The notes under the pieces: generated by a model
What the model saw: only the letters and a program-made list of their open reading frames with translations
Database searches by the model: none
What the model was told of the DNA's origin: nothing
Part shown: positions 30,894-40,834 of the stretch, one piece after another
How positions within the stretch are numbered: position 1 is the stretch's first letter
Layout: each line of letters begins with the position of its first letter
From: Hyphomicrobium sp.
GTDB lineage: Bacteria; Pseudomonadota; Alphaproteobacteria; Rhizobiales; Hyphomicrobiaceae
Direction of reading: 5' to 3'
DNA length: 64,000 bases
Assembly: GCA_036559705.1 (NCBI GenBank)
Contig: DATBSP010000113.1
Coordinates: 655 to 64,654, forward strand
Translations under genes and position numbers: made by a program

Positions 30894-31445
30894 ATGAGAC
30901 TGCCGATCACCCTATTCCTGCTGTCCGCTGCATTTGTTCCGCTCGCGGGAGGCGCCAATGCTGCCAGCCTCACGTCGGGCAAGAAGCTCGAGGTGAGGGT
31001 CGACGAGGCCAAGGTCGAGGAAGAGAAGACGGCCCTGTGGGGCCAGTTCGGCGGCTGGTGTGCAATTGCCGAATGGCATCCAGCGGTGAAGACGTGCGAG
31101 GAGTCGAAGGATGGCGATGTCGAATATCGCACGCTGACGCTGCAGGACGGCGGCAAGATCAAAGAGAAGCTGCTCGAGAAATCGGGTGCCAGCTACCGCT
31201 ACGCCATCATCGAGAGCCCGCTGCCGGTGAAGAACTACGAGGCGCAGTTCACCGTGACGCCCGATGACGACGACCTCGATGAGGTCAACATCGTGTGGGC
31301 TGCCACCTACGACGCGGCCGATGGCAAGGAAGACGCCGATGCCCGCAAGACCATCGATGGAATATTCAAGGACGGCATCGAAAGCATCAAAGGCAAGCTG
31401 GGCGACAAGGTCGTCGACAAGAAAAAGAAGAAGGATAACGACTGA
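30894..31445 (+). CDS. Exported SRPBCC-family protein (MxaD-like)
   Basis: Signal peptide; W...G.W...WHPAV, RTLTL.DGGKI.EKL, YRYAIIESPLPVKNY; GGGAG RBS. Confidence 0.85.
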   Translation: MRLPITLFLLSAAFVPLAGGANAASLTSGKKLEVRVDEAKVEEEKTALWGQFGGWCAIAEWHPAVKTCEESKDGDVEYRTLTLQDGGKIKEKLLEKSGASYRYAIIESPLPVKNYEAQFTVTPDDDDLDEVNIVWAATYDAADGKEDADARKTIDGIFKDGIESIKGKLGDKVVDKKKKKDND

Positions 31446-31448
31446 GGT

Positions 31449-32099
31449 CTACCGCTCGCCGACGTCGCCCGCGAACGCGGCGATGGCGTCGGCCGCAAGC
31501 GCGAGGTTACTGGCGCGCGTGAAGCCGCTGCCGCCGCGTGGCCCGAGATCGTGGTCGCCATCGCCCGCCCACTCGATCTTGATATCCGGCGACAGCCGAT
31601 AGCTCTCGACCTCTACGCGCGACCCGAAGGGATCACGCTCGCCCTGCGCGATCAGGGTCGGACAGGCGAGCTTTTCGAGATGCGCCGTGCGAAGGTTTTC
31701 GGGCTTGTCCGGGGGGTGGAACGGATAGCCGAGGCATATCAGCCCGGCGATGCGGCCGGCCGAGAACAGCTCGCCGGCGGCGAGACTGGCGACACGACCG
31801 CCTAGCGACTTGCCGCCGATGAGCAGCTTCTGCCGGCTCGCTCCCTGAGACCGCAACTCCTCGACCGCGCGCTTGTACTCGGGAACGAGCAACTCCGCCC
31901 GTGGCGGTGGCCGACGCTTCCCTGCCTCCCGTCGCGCCGCCATATAGTCAAACTCGAATCGCGATACTTGCAGACAACGCTCGGTCAGTAAGCGCGTCAT
32001 CGTTTCGAGAAACGGGCTGGTCATCGCCGCCCCGGCGCCGTGCGCCAAAAGGATGTGGGCCGAGGCATCGGCCGGCCCGGCGGTGAGAAACTGTGTCAT
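31449..32099 (-). CDS. Alpha/beta hydrolase (KANL3/Tex30-like)
   Basis: LAHGAGA, GGKSLGGR, LGYPFHP, QGERDPFG, GDHDL. Confidence 0.9.
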   Translation of the reverse strand: MTQFLTAGPADASAHILLAHGAGAAMTSPFLETMTRLLTERCLQVSRFEFDYMAARREAGKRRPPPRAELLVPEYKRAVEELRSQGASRQKLLIGGKSLGGRVASLAAGELFSAGRIAGLICLGYPFHPPDKPENLRTAHLEKLACPTLIAQGERDPFGSRVEVESYRLSPDIKIEWAGDGDHDLGPRGGSGFTRASNLALAADAIAAFAGDVGER

Positions 32100-32208
32100 G
32101 AGTCAGCGGCTTCGCGGTAGTCTTGAGCGTTAACTTCGCAGCTGCAGCCGAAGGTCGTTTTTTGGCCGTACCGGCTTAGTATGGCCTGAACATTGCTTTG
32201 GGGGAGCT

Positions 32209-33372
32209 ATGCAACGCACCCATATTCTTAGTCTCATCGGATTGCTTTTGGCGATCCCGCAGGCCGCCACAGCCGCCGACCCGCAGCAGACCGCGAACCC
32301 CGCGGTTAAGATTCCCGCGCCGGTCGAAGTGCAGCGCCAGCCTGCGCCAGTTGCGACCGCGGCGCCGACACCCGCGCCCGAGCAGAAGGCTGCCACGCCG
32401 AACGCCAAGGGCAAGAAGGGCGCAGACAAGAAAGCCGCCGATACGAAGGAAAAGAAGCCGAAAGTTCTGGCGCGCGATTTGTTTAGCAAGAAGCCGACCG
32501 CGGCAGCGCTCGCTCCCCGCGCGCTCGGCTGGTACTCCAAGGGCTGTCTCTCGGGCGGCGTTCACCTCGCTGATACTGGTCCAGACTGGCAGGCGATGCG
32601 GCTGTCGCGCAATCGCGCCTGGGGCCATCCCAAGCTGATCAAGCTGTTGAAGCACTTCGCTGCTGAATCGCGCCAGGACGGCTGGACGGGTCTGTTGGTC
32701 GGCGACATCTCGCAGCCGCGCGGCGGCCCGATGCTGACCGGTCACGCCAGTCATCAGGTTGGTCTCGACGCTGACATCTGGCTGACGCCGATGCCCAATC
32801 GCGTCCTGTCGCGGCAGGAGCGCGAGGAGATCCAGGCGACCTCGATGCTCGACAAGACGAGCCTCGCGGTCGACCCCAAGTTATTCACGCCGGCACACGT
32901 CGCGATCATTAAGCGCGCCGCATCCTATCCGGCCGTCGAGCGCGTGTTCGTCAACCCTGCGATCAAGAAGGCGCTGTGCCAGGCGGCCGGCAAGGATCGC
33001 GCGTGGCTCGGCAAGGTGAGGCCTATCTGGGGGCACAACTACCACTTTCACATTCGAATTGGCTGCCCCAACGGCGGCTGCCAGACGCAACCGCCCGTCG
33101 GCGGCGACGACGGCTGCGGCAAGGAAGTTGACAACTGGCTGAAGACGATCGAGGCGTCGTTGAAGAAGCCTCAGCCGAAGCCCGGCGAGAAGGTGATACC
33201 GGACAGCGAGCGCCGGCAGGTCACCATGGAACAGCTGCCGGCGGAGTGCAAAATCGTGCTCAACAGCCCCGGCACCCAGCCCGATACCGGCGACGAGGTC
33301 GCCTCGACTCCGGCACCGGCTGCGGCCTCGCCCGCACCGCAGACGATGCCGGCCGCAGCGGTTGCGAAATAG
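32209..33372 (+). CDS. mepA: Penicillin-insensitive murein endopeptidase
   Basis: Signal peptide; RNRAWGHP, GDISQPRGG, HASHQVGLDADIW, GHNYHFHIR. Confidence 0.93.
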   Translation: MQRTHILSLIGLLLAIPQAATAADPQQTANPAVKIPAPVEVQRQPAPVATAAPTPAPEQKAATPNAKGKKGADKKAADTKEKKPKVLARDLFSKKPTAAALAPRALGWYSKGCLSGGVHLADTGPDWQAMRLSRNRAWGHPKLIKLLKHFAAESRQDGWTGLLVGDISQPRGGPMLTGHASHQVGLDADIWLTPMPNRVLSRQEREEIQATSMLDKTSLAVDPKLFTPAHVAIIKRAASYPAVERVFVNPAIKKALCQAAGKDRAWLGKVRPIWGHNYHFHIRIGCPNGGCQTQPPVGGDDGCGKEVDNWLKTIEASLKKPQPKPGEKVIPDSERRQVTMEQLPAECKIVLNSPGTQPDTGDEVASTPAPAAASPAPQTMPAAAVAK

Positions 33373-33377
33373 AGCTT

Positions 33378-34035
33378 TTAAGCCGCCGTGACACCTGTCG
33401 GCATCGGGCACGATACGCCCGTGCCGCCGAGACCGCAGTAACCGTGCGGCACCTTTGACAGGTATTGCTGGTGATAGTCCTCCGCGAAGAAGAACTCCGG
33501 GGCCGGCACGATCTCCGTCGTGATCTGCCCGAGGCCATTTTTTGTCAGCGCCTTCTGATACTCGGCCTTCGACCCTCTGCCGCGACACGCTGGGCCTCGG
33601 TGAACGTGTAGATGCCGGAGCGATACTGCGTGCCGACGTCGTTCCCCTGGCGCATGCCTTGCGTCGGGTCGTGGCTCTCCCAGAACGTCTTCAATAGCTG
33701 CTCGTAGCTAATCTCCTTGGGATCGTAGACGACCAGCACGACCTCGTTGTGCCCGGTCTGGCCGGTGCACACCTCCTCGTAGGTTGCGTTGGGCGTGAAG
33801 CCGCCGGCATAGACGACGGCGGTGATCCAGATGCCGGCGCCGAGGTTCCAGAACTTGCGCTCGGCGCCCCAGAAGCAGCCGATGCCGAACATCGCCTTCT
33901 CGAGCCCGGCCGGATACGGACCCTTCAGCGGGCGCGAAAAGATGTCGTGCTCAGCGGCGGTCGGGATTGGCGTCGCGCGGCCTTCAGCGCCGTCTCGGCC
34001 GTCGGCATGGATGTCTTATTCTTGTGCAATAGCAC
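33378..34035 (-). pseudogene. msrA: Peptide-methionine (S)-S-oxide reductase with two 1-bp frameshifts (real or sequencing error)
   Basis: GCFWGAE, YEEVC, GHNEVV, HDPTQ and QYRSGI are in 33545..33892. The C-terminus ([22 protein letters not shown]) and N-terminus (GTG 34035) are in other frames. Shifts near 33982 and 33574. Confidence 0.9.
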
Positions 34036-34170
34036 GGCTCTCCCCGGGGTTTGGATGGTGACTGGTCCTGATATAATCTCTTCGGCGCCAACCGGGCAGG
34101 GCCACTAGGCTCATGTTATTGTGATGTTATCCGAGTCGGATGGGATGTAACGTTTGAGGGGGCGTTAGCG

Positions 34171-35082
34171 ATGGACGTTGCAGCAATGGGGCAGGCGTCA
34201 GTATTGGCTGCCGCGCCGGCTCCTGTCTCGGCTCCCGTTTTGGTGCCGGCACCTAAGCCCGAGCGTACGCTCTATGCGGCCGGCGGCGGACGCAAGTTCG
34301 CGTTCTCCTTCGTCTTTCTCATCCTTTTGCCGTTCTTCATCAGCCTACCGCCGATGCTGTTCTGGCGCATTTCGCAGGGCCATTGGCAGGGCACCCTCGG
34401 CCTGGTCGTCCTGGCCATCGGCTTCACCTTCATCATGTTCCTGCTGTTCATCGAGGTGATGCACTCGCTGATGACACGCATCGAGTTCGGCGACACGTCG
34501 GTGAAGATGACGCTACCATCGGGGCGCGGCCCGACGCCCATCGTTCGCTATCGCACCCACGACATTCCCTACGACCAGATCAAGGCAGTGGAGACGCGGC
34601 GCGAGATCTACGGCGGGTCGATTGCGCCCGTGCTGCTGCAGGGAGCGCGTCTCATTCTCAAGGACGACAGCACGGTGAAACTCGGCTACGTCAGCGAGGC
34701 CAACAGCGACCCGTGCTTCCCGTATCCGGAGATCGCGCAGCAGATTGCCGAGCGCGCCGGATTGAAGGTTGAGCATCGCGGCAACTTCCGCCGTTCGGTG
34801 CAGAAAAAGTACTTCGGGCTCAGTCGCGCCTTTCTCAACGAGGAGGAAGGCACCGTCGACGAGTCCGACATCGAGCTGCTCAACAAGAGTCACCAACGCT
34901 GGGTGATGCGCATCATTAGCCTCCTAATCGGATTGGTCGTGCTCGGCATTACACTTGACATCATCTTCCCGCCGAGCAGCGGCCTGCCGCAAGCGCTGAC
35001 CAGCCTCACTAAGATGGTGATGCCCGGCAGCACCGCGACGACGACACCCGCTCAGAAGACTCCGGCAGCGAAGAAAAAGTAG
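34171..35082 (+). CDS. Hypothetical membrane protein (3 TM segments plus a soluble domain)
   Basis: GAGGGGG RBS; clear hydrophobic segments. Confidence 0.8.
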   Translation: MDVAAMGQASVLAAAPAPVSAPVLVPAPKPERTLYAAGGGRKFAFSFVFLILLPFFISLPPMLFWRISQGHWQGTLGLVVLAIGFTFIMFLLFIEVMHSLMTRIEFGDTSVKMTLPSGRGPTPIVRYRTHDIPYDQIKAVETRREIYGGSIAPVLLQGARLILKDDSTVKLGYVSEANSDPCFPYPEIAQQIAERAGLKVEHRGNFRRSVQKKYFGLSRAFLNEEEGTVDESDIELLNKSHQRWVMRIISLLIGLVVLGITLDIIFPPSSGLPQALTSLTKMVMPGSTATTTPAQKTPAAKKK

Positions 35083-35088
35083 GGACGC

Positions 35089-35403
35089 TTAGTTGACGTG
35101 CACTTTCATCTGCTCGCGGCGGCGGCCGAAATAGCCGCACACCACTGCGAGGCCGGCGAACAGCACCGACATCGGCGCCGTCAGGATGCTCAGCAGCACG
35201 GGGTTCCAAACCCAGGGGAACGTCAGGGCCGTGATGTTGGCGCGCGTCGCCACCAGTGAGGCGGGTGCCAGCTCCGTCCAATAGCTGATCACCGAGTGAG
35301 ACGTGAACGGGCCAGTGCCGTTCAGCGCCGGCGTTAGATCGGCCACGAGTGCGACGACGGCAACCAGGGCGAAAAGGCTGGCGAGAAAGCGCAGGACGGC
35401 CAC
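35089..35403 (-). CDS. Hypothetical small membrane protein
   Basis: GGAGGA RBS before GTG; hydrophobic N- and C-termini. Confidence 0.75.
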   Translation of the reverse strand: MAVLRFLASLFALVAVVALVADLTPALNGTGPFTSHSVISYWTELAPASLVATRANITALTFPWVWNPVLLSILTAPMSVLFAGLAVVCGYFGRRREQMKVHVN

Positions 35404-35444
35404 GGTATTCCTCCGATGCGATCTTCCAACAGGCGATATTTAGC

Positions 35445-37343
35445 TTAGGTCTGCGCCAGCGTCTTGTGCAGATCCTCTAGCACGGCGACCGCATCCTGCC
35501 CGGCAAATAGGAACCCGTCGACACCCGCGGCGCGCAACGTTTGCTCAGCCTCGCCCGGGCGGCCGGCGAGCAGCACGCGAGTCGCGCCAGCCTGTTTCAG
35601 GGCTTTCGCCGTCGCCGCCGCTTCGCGCGCGTAAACCTCGTCCGACGAGCAGATGCAGGCGATCCTCACGCCGGATGCCCTAAAGGCCTCGGCGGCCTCT
35701 GCCGCGTCCTTGTAGCCGTCGCTGGTGAGGCCCTCGATGCCGCCGGCGGCAAGGAAGTTCCACATCCACTGCGAGCGCCGGTTGTGCTCGGCGATCTCGC
35801 CGAGGTTAGCCATGAACACGCGCTTGCGCTTGCCGGTCTTGGCGAGGAAGGCGTCGCCCGCATCGCGTAGTTTCTCGAAGGCTTCGCCGAGGCGATGTGG
35901 CGTCAATGCGCGCACCGCAGGTTTCGTGAGGGGTGCCGTCTCAGCATACGGTGTGACTTTGACGCCATCATCGCCCAGGAATGGAAACACCGACACGCCT
36001 GTCAACTCGACGCGGCCCGTTGCGATGCTCCTCGCGCGTGTTTCGGCGATGCGCGCGATATCGTCCTGCAGCCCGCCCGAGGACAGCGCGACGATGAGGC
36101 CGCCTTCGGCCTCGATATCCTGAAAGAGCGTCCACGCCCTTGCGGCGAGCTCTTGGGTGAGTTTTTCCACGTACCAGGAGCCGCCGATCGGATCGATAAC
36201 GCGCCCGAGCTGCGATTCCTCCTGCAGGACGAGTTGCGAGTTGCGCGCAATGCGGCGCGCGAAGCGATCGGGGATGCCGAGCGCCCAGGTGTAGGGCAGC
36301 ACCGTGATGGCATCGGCGCTGCCGAAGCTCGCCGCGGCGCACGCCGCCGTGGTGCGTAGCATGTTGGTCCACGGATCGCGCTTTGCCATCATGCGTTGAG
36401 AGCTGACGGCGGTGATGTGCACGGTGCCGGGCGAAGCCCCGCTGGCTGCGGCGATGCGCGCGATAATGGTGCGCGCGGCGCGCACCTTGGCCGCGTTGAG
36501 GAACAGGTCGGTGTCGACCGACAGCGCAAAAGCGATGGCCGGCAGCGCATCCTTCGGTGCGAAGCCCGCCGATTCGAAGGCACGCAGATAGGCGACGAGG
36601 GCCGCCGCCAGATAGGCAAGCTCCTGCGCTTCGCTGGCGCCCGCTTCGTGGGGAACCGTCGCATCGACGAGTACGCTCGACACGCGGCGCTCCGACCCGC
36701 GTGCTTCACCGGCGAACTTCACCGTTTCGGCAATCGCCTTTTCAATCGGCGCCCACGCCGCGCCAAAACGCGCCAGCGTCCCGATTGGATCGACATTCAG
36801 CCGCGACGTTGCCGTGCCGCCCGCCTCCGGCTTCAGCGCCGCCAGCCCTCTGAGGTAATGACGAGCCGCTTCGAGGCCCTGCACGCCGCCGGCGAGCTGG
36901 ATTGGCGCGTAATCGACGAACACGCCCGGCAGTGTCGCCGCCGCATCGTCGGTGCTGGCGATCTTGATGCCGTTCTGTCCCGGGCCGGCAATCTGCAACA
37001 CGACGCCATTGGCGCCGCCTTCCAGCTCTTCGAGGATGACTTTGTTCGCAGCCGCCGCGTCGGCCTCGACGACGCGTTGATGGATCTGCCAGCCCTGATC
37101 TTGCGCTTGACCATGTGTGCCGCGCGTGAACGGCGCCTTGCCGGGCACAGCGCTCGCGGCCCCTGCCAAGGTATCCGCCCGCGTATACAGCGGCTCGACG
37201 CGCAGTCCGTCCGCCGTCTTGAAGACCAGCTTCCGTTCGAAATCGGCGCCCTTCAATGCCTTATCGACGAGATGGCGCCACTTTTCGAAGGTGGCCGGGT
37301 CGAAGCCGGAGGCGAGATCGAGCGCTGCGGACGTGTCGGTCAT
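35445..37343 (-). CDS. Methylmalonyl-CoA mutase small (beta) subunit
   Basis: WRHLVDKALKG, PLYT, PG..PFTRG, HEAGA...QELA, NMLRTT, RIARN.QL.L.EES, DP.GGSWYVE, ICSSD; no DxHxxG B12 motif. Confidence 0.93.
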   Translation of the reverse strand: MTDTSAALDLASGFDPATFEKWRHLVDKALKGADFERKLVFKTADGLRVEPLYTRADTLAGAASAVPGKAPFTRGTHGQAQDQGWQIHQRVVEADAAAANKVILEELEGGANGVVLQIAGPGQNGIKIASTDDAAATLPGVFVDYAPIQLAGGVQGLEAARHYLRGLAALKPEAGGTATSRLNVDPIGTLARFGAAWAPIEKAIAETVKFAGEARGSERRVSSVLVDATVPHEAGASEAQELAYLAAALVAYLRAFESAGFAPKDALPAIAFALSVDTDLFLNAAKVRAARTIIARIAAASGASPGTVHITAVSSQRMMAKRDPWTNMLRTTAACAAASFGSADAITVLPYTWALGIPDRFARRIARNSQLVLQEESQLGRVIDPIGGSWYVEKLTQELAARAWTLFQDIEAEGGLIVALSSGGLQDDIARIAETRARSIATGRVELTGVSVFPFLGDDGVKVTPYAETAPLTKPAVRALTPHRLGEAFEKLRDAGDAFLAKTGKRKRVFMANLGEIAEHNRRSQWMWNFLAAGGIEGLTSDGYKDAAEAAEAFRASGVRIACICSSDEVYAREAAATAKALKQAGATRVLLAGRPGEAEQTLRAAGVDGFLFAGQDAVAVLEDLHKTLAQT

Positions 37344-37616
37344 GTCTTCGGAGGTCTCGGGTCTACGCATGGCGCCATCCTGGGGGAGGGCGCAGTCGCA
37401 TTCTATAGTCGTTCATCATGCCGTTTCGCACGCCGAAAGCGAGCACTGCGGCGCTCCGCGTCGCTTCGGCGCGCCGCGATAGCGGGCTACCAAACACAAA
37501 TTTTTCCCCAAGTCCGCCATGCAACCGATGTTTGCAAAGGGTATCCTCCCATGCCAAGAGCCAACAGCGGCCAATTCCCCCGAGTCGATTGCCGCCATCG
37601 GAAGCCGGAGACACCT

Positions 37617-39104
37617 ATGAGCCAATCGGTTTTGCAGGACGGCAAGATCTTCGTCGGTAAGAGCGTAAAGCCCGAATACCTCGATCTCACCCTCGCGAAC
37701 CGGCATGGCCTGATCACAGGCGCCACCGGTACCGGCAAGACGGTGACGCTGCAGGTTCTGGCCGAAGGCTTCTCGCGGGCCGGCGTTCCGGTGTTCGCGG
37801 CCGACATCAAGGGCGACCTTTCGGGCATCGCCGAGGTGGGCGAGCCGAAGGACTTCCTTCTAAAGCGCGCGGCGGAGGTCGGCCTCGAGAACTACAAAAA
37901 CAGTGCATCACCCGTTGTGCTGTGGGACGTGTTCGGCGCCGGCGGTCATCCGATCCGCGCCACCGTCGAGGACATGGGTCCGCTGCTCCTGTCGCGCATG
38001 CTCGAGCTCAACGACGTGCAGGAGGGCGTGCTCAACATCGCCTTCCGTGTCGCCTCCGAGGAGAAGCTGCCGCTCTATAATCTCGCCGACCTGCGCGCCA
38101 TCATCAACAACGTCGCGGCGCGCGCTAAGGAGCTGACGACCAAGTACGGCAACGTCGCGACGACCTCCGTCGGTGCCATCCAGCGCCGTCTCTTAGTGCT
38201 CGAGGAACAGGGCGCCGACCACTTCTTCGGCGAGCCCGCACTCGACATCTGGGACTTCATCCGCACCGCGCCGGACGGCCGCGGCGTCGTCAACATCCTG
38301 TCGGCCGAAAAGCTGATGGAGAAGCCGCGCCTCTACGCCACCTTCCTCCTGTGGATGCTGACCAAACTGTGGCAGACGCTGCCCGAGGTCGGCGATCAGC
38401 CCAAGCCCAAGCTCGTCTTCTTCTTCGATGAAGCGCATCTGTTGTTCGACGATGCGCCCAAGGCGCTGATGGATCGCATCGAGCAGATCGCCCGCCTTGT
38501 GCGCTCCAAGGGTATTGGCGTCTACTTCATCACGCAGAACCCGATGGACGTGCCGAACTCCGTTTCGGCACAGCTTGGCAACCGCGTGCAGCACGCGCTG
38601 CGGGCTTTCACGCCGCAAGAGCAGCGTGCTGTGAAGGCGGCGGCGGAAACCTTCCGGCGCAATCCAGCGCTCGACACCGAGCGCGTCATTCTCGAACTGA
38701 AGGTCGGCGAGGCGCTTGTCTCGATGCTGGAGAACAAGGGCGAGCCATCGATCGTGCAGCGCACGCTCATTCGCCCGCCGGATGGACGCATCGGCCCCCT
38801 CACCGACGCTGAGCGCCGTAGCGTCATCGCCGCCAGCCCGTTCGCCGGGAAATACGAGACGGTGAAGAACCGCGAAAGCGCCGAGGAAATTCTCAACCAG
38901 CGCGGCCAGAGTGCTGCCAAAGAGGCAGAAGCCTCAAGCGGCGGTAGCTGGACCGACGTTATCTTCGGCGGCAGCAAAGGCCCGACCGGACGCCACCGTC
39001 AGGGCATGGGCGAAATGATCGGTCGCGAGGTGCAGCGCTCCTTTGCCCGCACAGTGGCATCGGTAATCCGCAGCATTATCATGAAGAGCATTCGCGGTCG
39101 CTGA
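37617..39104 (+). CDS. DUF853 / HerA-like ATPase (YjgR family)
   Basis: NRHGLITGATGTGKT, DIKGDLSG, FFFDEAHLLF, ITQNP, LGNRVQHALRAF. GGAG RBS before ATG 37617; the first 407 aa of the track ORF are spurious. Confidence 0.93.
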   Translation: MSQSVLQDGKIFVGKSVKPEYLDLTLANRHGLITGATGTGKTVTLQVLAEGFSRAGVPVFAADIKGDLSGIAEVGEPKDFLLKRAAEVGLENYKNSASPVVLWDVFGAGGHPIRATVEDMGPLLLSRMLELNDVQEGVLNIAFRVASEEKLPLYNLADLRAIINNVAARAKELTTKYGNVATTSVGAIQRRLLVLEEQGADHFFGEPALDIWDFIRTAPDGRGVVNILSAEKLMEKPRLYATFLLWMLTKLWQTLPEVGDQPKPKLVFFFDEAHLLFDDAPKALMDRIEQIARLVRSKGIGVYFITQNPMDVPNSVSAQLGNRVQHALRAFTPQEQRAVKAAAETFRRNPALDTERVILELKVGEALVSMLENKGEPSIVQRTLIRPPDGRIGPLTDAERRSVIAASPFAGKYETVKNRESAEEILNQRGQSAAKEAEASSGGSWTDVIFGGSKGPTGRHRQGMGEMIGREVQRSFARTVASVIRSIIMKSIRGR

Positions 39105-39126
39105 TCGGCTCGAACTTATCGCAATG

Positions 39127-39165
39127 AAAAACGGCGCTGCCTCTATGGCAGCGCCGTTTCTGTTT
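39127..39165. terminator. Bidirectional intrinsic terminator
   Basis: AAACGGCGCTGCC-tctat-GGCAGCGCCGTTT between convergent genes. Confidence 0.85.
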
Positions 39166-39183
39166 GGATCGCGCGAGTGCTGA

Positions 39184-39783
39184 CTAGGCGGCTTTGGCTG
39201 CCATCTCCTCGACGTGCTCCCAGTTGATCAGATTATCGAACCAGGCTTCGAGATACTTCGGACGCGCGTTGCGATAGTCGATGTAATAGCTGTGCTCCCA
39301 GACGTCGACGCCGAGGATGGGCGAGGCGCCGTGCATAAGCGGGTTCTCGCCATTCGGCGTCTTGATGAGCTGTAGTTTGCCGTCCTTGACGGCAAGCCAG
39401 GACCAGCCGGAGCCGAATTGCGTCTTGCCGTTTTCGATGAAGTCGTTGCGCACCTTGTCGAAGCCGCCATAGCCGTCGACGAGCTTTTGGACGGTGCCGG
39501 GCAGCTTGTTGCCGCCGCCGCCCTTCTTCATCCACTGCCAGAAATGAATGTGATTGTAGTCTTGGCCGACGTTGTTGATGACCGGCTGCGCCTTATCGGC
39601 GTACGCCTCCTTGCAGATCTGCTCGATGCTCTTGCCTACGTACTTGCTGCCCGGGATCAGCTTGTTGGCCATGTCCACATAGGCCTGATGGTGCTTGTCG
39701 TGGTGGAACTGCAGCGTCTCGGCCGACATGTAGGGTTGCAGCGCATCATAGGCATAGGGAAGCGGCGGGAGCTGGAATGTCAT
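39184..39783 (-). CDS. sodB: Superoxide dismutase, probably Fe-type
   Basis: LPPLPY, FHHDKHH, NNVGQDYNH (Gln as in Fe-SOD), QFGSGW, DVWEHSYY. Confidence 0.93.
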   Translation of the reverse strand: MTFQLPPLPYAYDALQPYMSAETLQFHHDKHHQAYVDMANKLIPGSKYVGKSIEQICKEAYADKAQPVINNVGQDYNHIHFWQWMKKGGGGNKLPGTVQKLVDGYGGFDKVRNDFIENGKTQFGSGWSWLAVKDGKLQLIKTPNGENPLMHGASPILGVDVWEHSYYIDYRNARPKYLEAWFDNLINWEHVEEMAAKAA

Positions 39784-39942
39784 GATCTCAGGCCTCCGGA
39801 ATTAGGTGCTGGGCGGGGTGATTTGCGGCCGGAACGTACCGGCTCCCTTGCACGATGGCAAACGCGTGTTCGCTTCCCCAGTTCCGCGCGCAAGCGCTGC
39901 GTGGCAAGCCTGTGAGCAGCAAAATAAATCTTGAAAGAGGGT

Positions 39943-40011
39943 GGGGGCGCAGCGACCCTGAACACTGCGCCCCCGTGGATCACTCCGGGGAAGATGGGAG
40001 TTCAGGGTTGC
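39943..40011. ncRNA. Candidate structured RNA element (hairpin with loop-complementary distal segment)
   Basis: 10-bp stem GGGGGCGCAG/CTGCGCCCCC; loop segment ACCCTGAAC (39955-39963) is the reverse complement of GTTCAGGGT (40000-40008). Confidence 0.35.
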
Positions 40012-40329
40012 ACGGAGCCTAGTGGCCGCCACCTGAACGCCGGCTGAACGCCCTGAAGCAGTGGCGCCAGCGAATTTCAGCGAGGGTGTTTCGGTCGACT
40101 TTCGCGGTGGCTTGCAACACGAATTGAAATGCGTGCAAAACTCAATCGCGCGCGCGGAACGCATAATACGCGCCCGGGTTGTATTGATCGAGCCGCCCAG
40201 CTTCTTTTCATCGCAATGTTTTTTTGACCCTGCTTGACAAATGCAAGGCAAAAAGTAATTCAAGCTGCGGTAGATGTGGCAATTGGCAAATTGCCTTAGT
40301 AAGTCGCGGATAAAAGGAAGGACCGCCGT

Positions 40330-40641
40330 ATGGCCACCCCCAATGTCGATAAGATGTCGCTGAAAGATCTGCTCGAGCTCGATAGCAAGGTTCAGAAGGC
40401 AATCAGCGCGGCTCGCGATCGTGAGCGGTCCGAGGTGAAGCAGGCATTGGCACAGCTGGCTGAAAAGCGGGGCTTTTCGGTCAACGAGCTGTTTGGCGGG
40501 CGCGGCCGCGGTAAGTCGAGCGCCGCAAAGTTCGTCAATCCGGACAATAAGTCGGAGACTTGGACCGGCCGCGGGCGCAAGCCGAATTGGCTCGTCGCGA
40601 AGCTCGGCAAAGGCTCCAAGATCACCGATTTCGCGATCTAG
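40330..40641 (+). CDS. H-NS family nucleoid protein (HvrA-like)
   Basis: KF.NP....TWTGRGRKP.W DNA-binding motif; AT-rich upstream region with TTGACA at 40234. Confidence 0.95.
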   Translation: MATPNVDKMSLKDLLELDSKVQKAISAARDRERSEVKQALAQLAEKRGFSVNELFGGRGRGKSSAAKFVNPDNKSETWTGRGRKPNWLVAKLGKGSKITDFAI

Positions 40642-40685
40642 TCCGGGGCACTGCGCGGTCCGCGGCATCTCAAGGAATAACGGTC

Positions 40686-40721
40686 AAAAGGCCCACAGCG
40701 CGATAGCGCTGCGGGCCTTTG
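40686..40721 (+). terminator. Intrinsic terminator after the H-NS gene
   Basis: AAAGGCCCaCAGCGC-gata-GCGCTGcGGGCCTTT. Confidence 0.7.
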
Positions 40722-40778
40722 CTATTGCCATTACTGAATCCTTCTCCGTTCAGCGCGCTGACTAAGTCGGTTCACGCC

Positions 40779-40804
40779 GGAACGCTTGCTCCCAGCCAGT
40801 GGTT
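40779..40804 (+). promoter_or_regulatory. EcfG-type promoter of the pfpI-like gene
   Basis: GGAAC-N17-GGTT about 30 nt upstream of the ATG. Confidence 0.6.
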
Positions 40805-40834
40805 ATACAGTTCGGCCAATAAGGGAGATCGCAA

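Noticed and set aside
36396-37616. N-terminal 407 aa of the 902-aa ORF, suggesting a large fusion ATPase
   Set aside because: Mostly antisense to the mutase gene and Arg-rich. The real gene starts at ATG 37617 with an RBS.
39802-40329. 288-aa minus-strand ORF across the sodB-H-NS intergenic region
   Set aside because: Its 5' part is antisense to the H-NS gene, it has no motifs, and the region looks regulatory.
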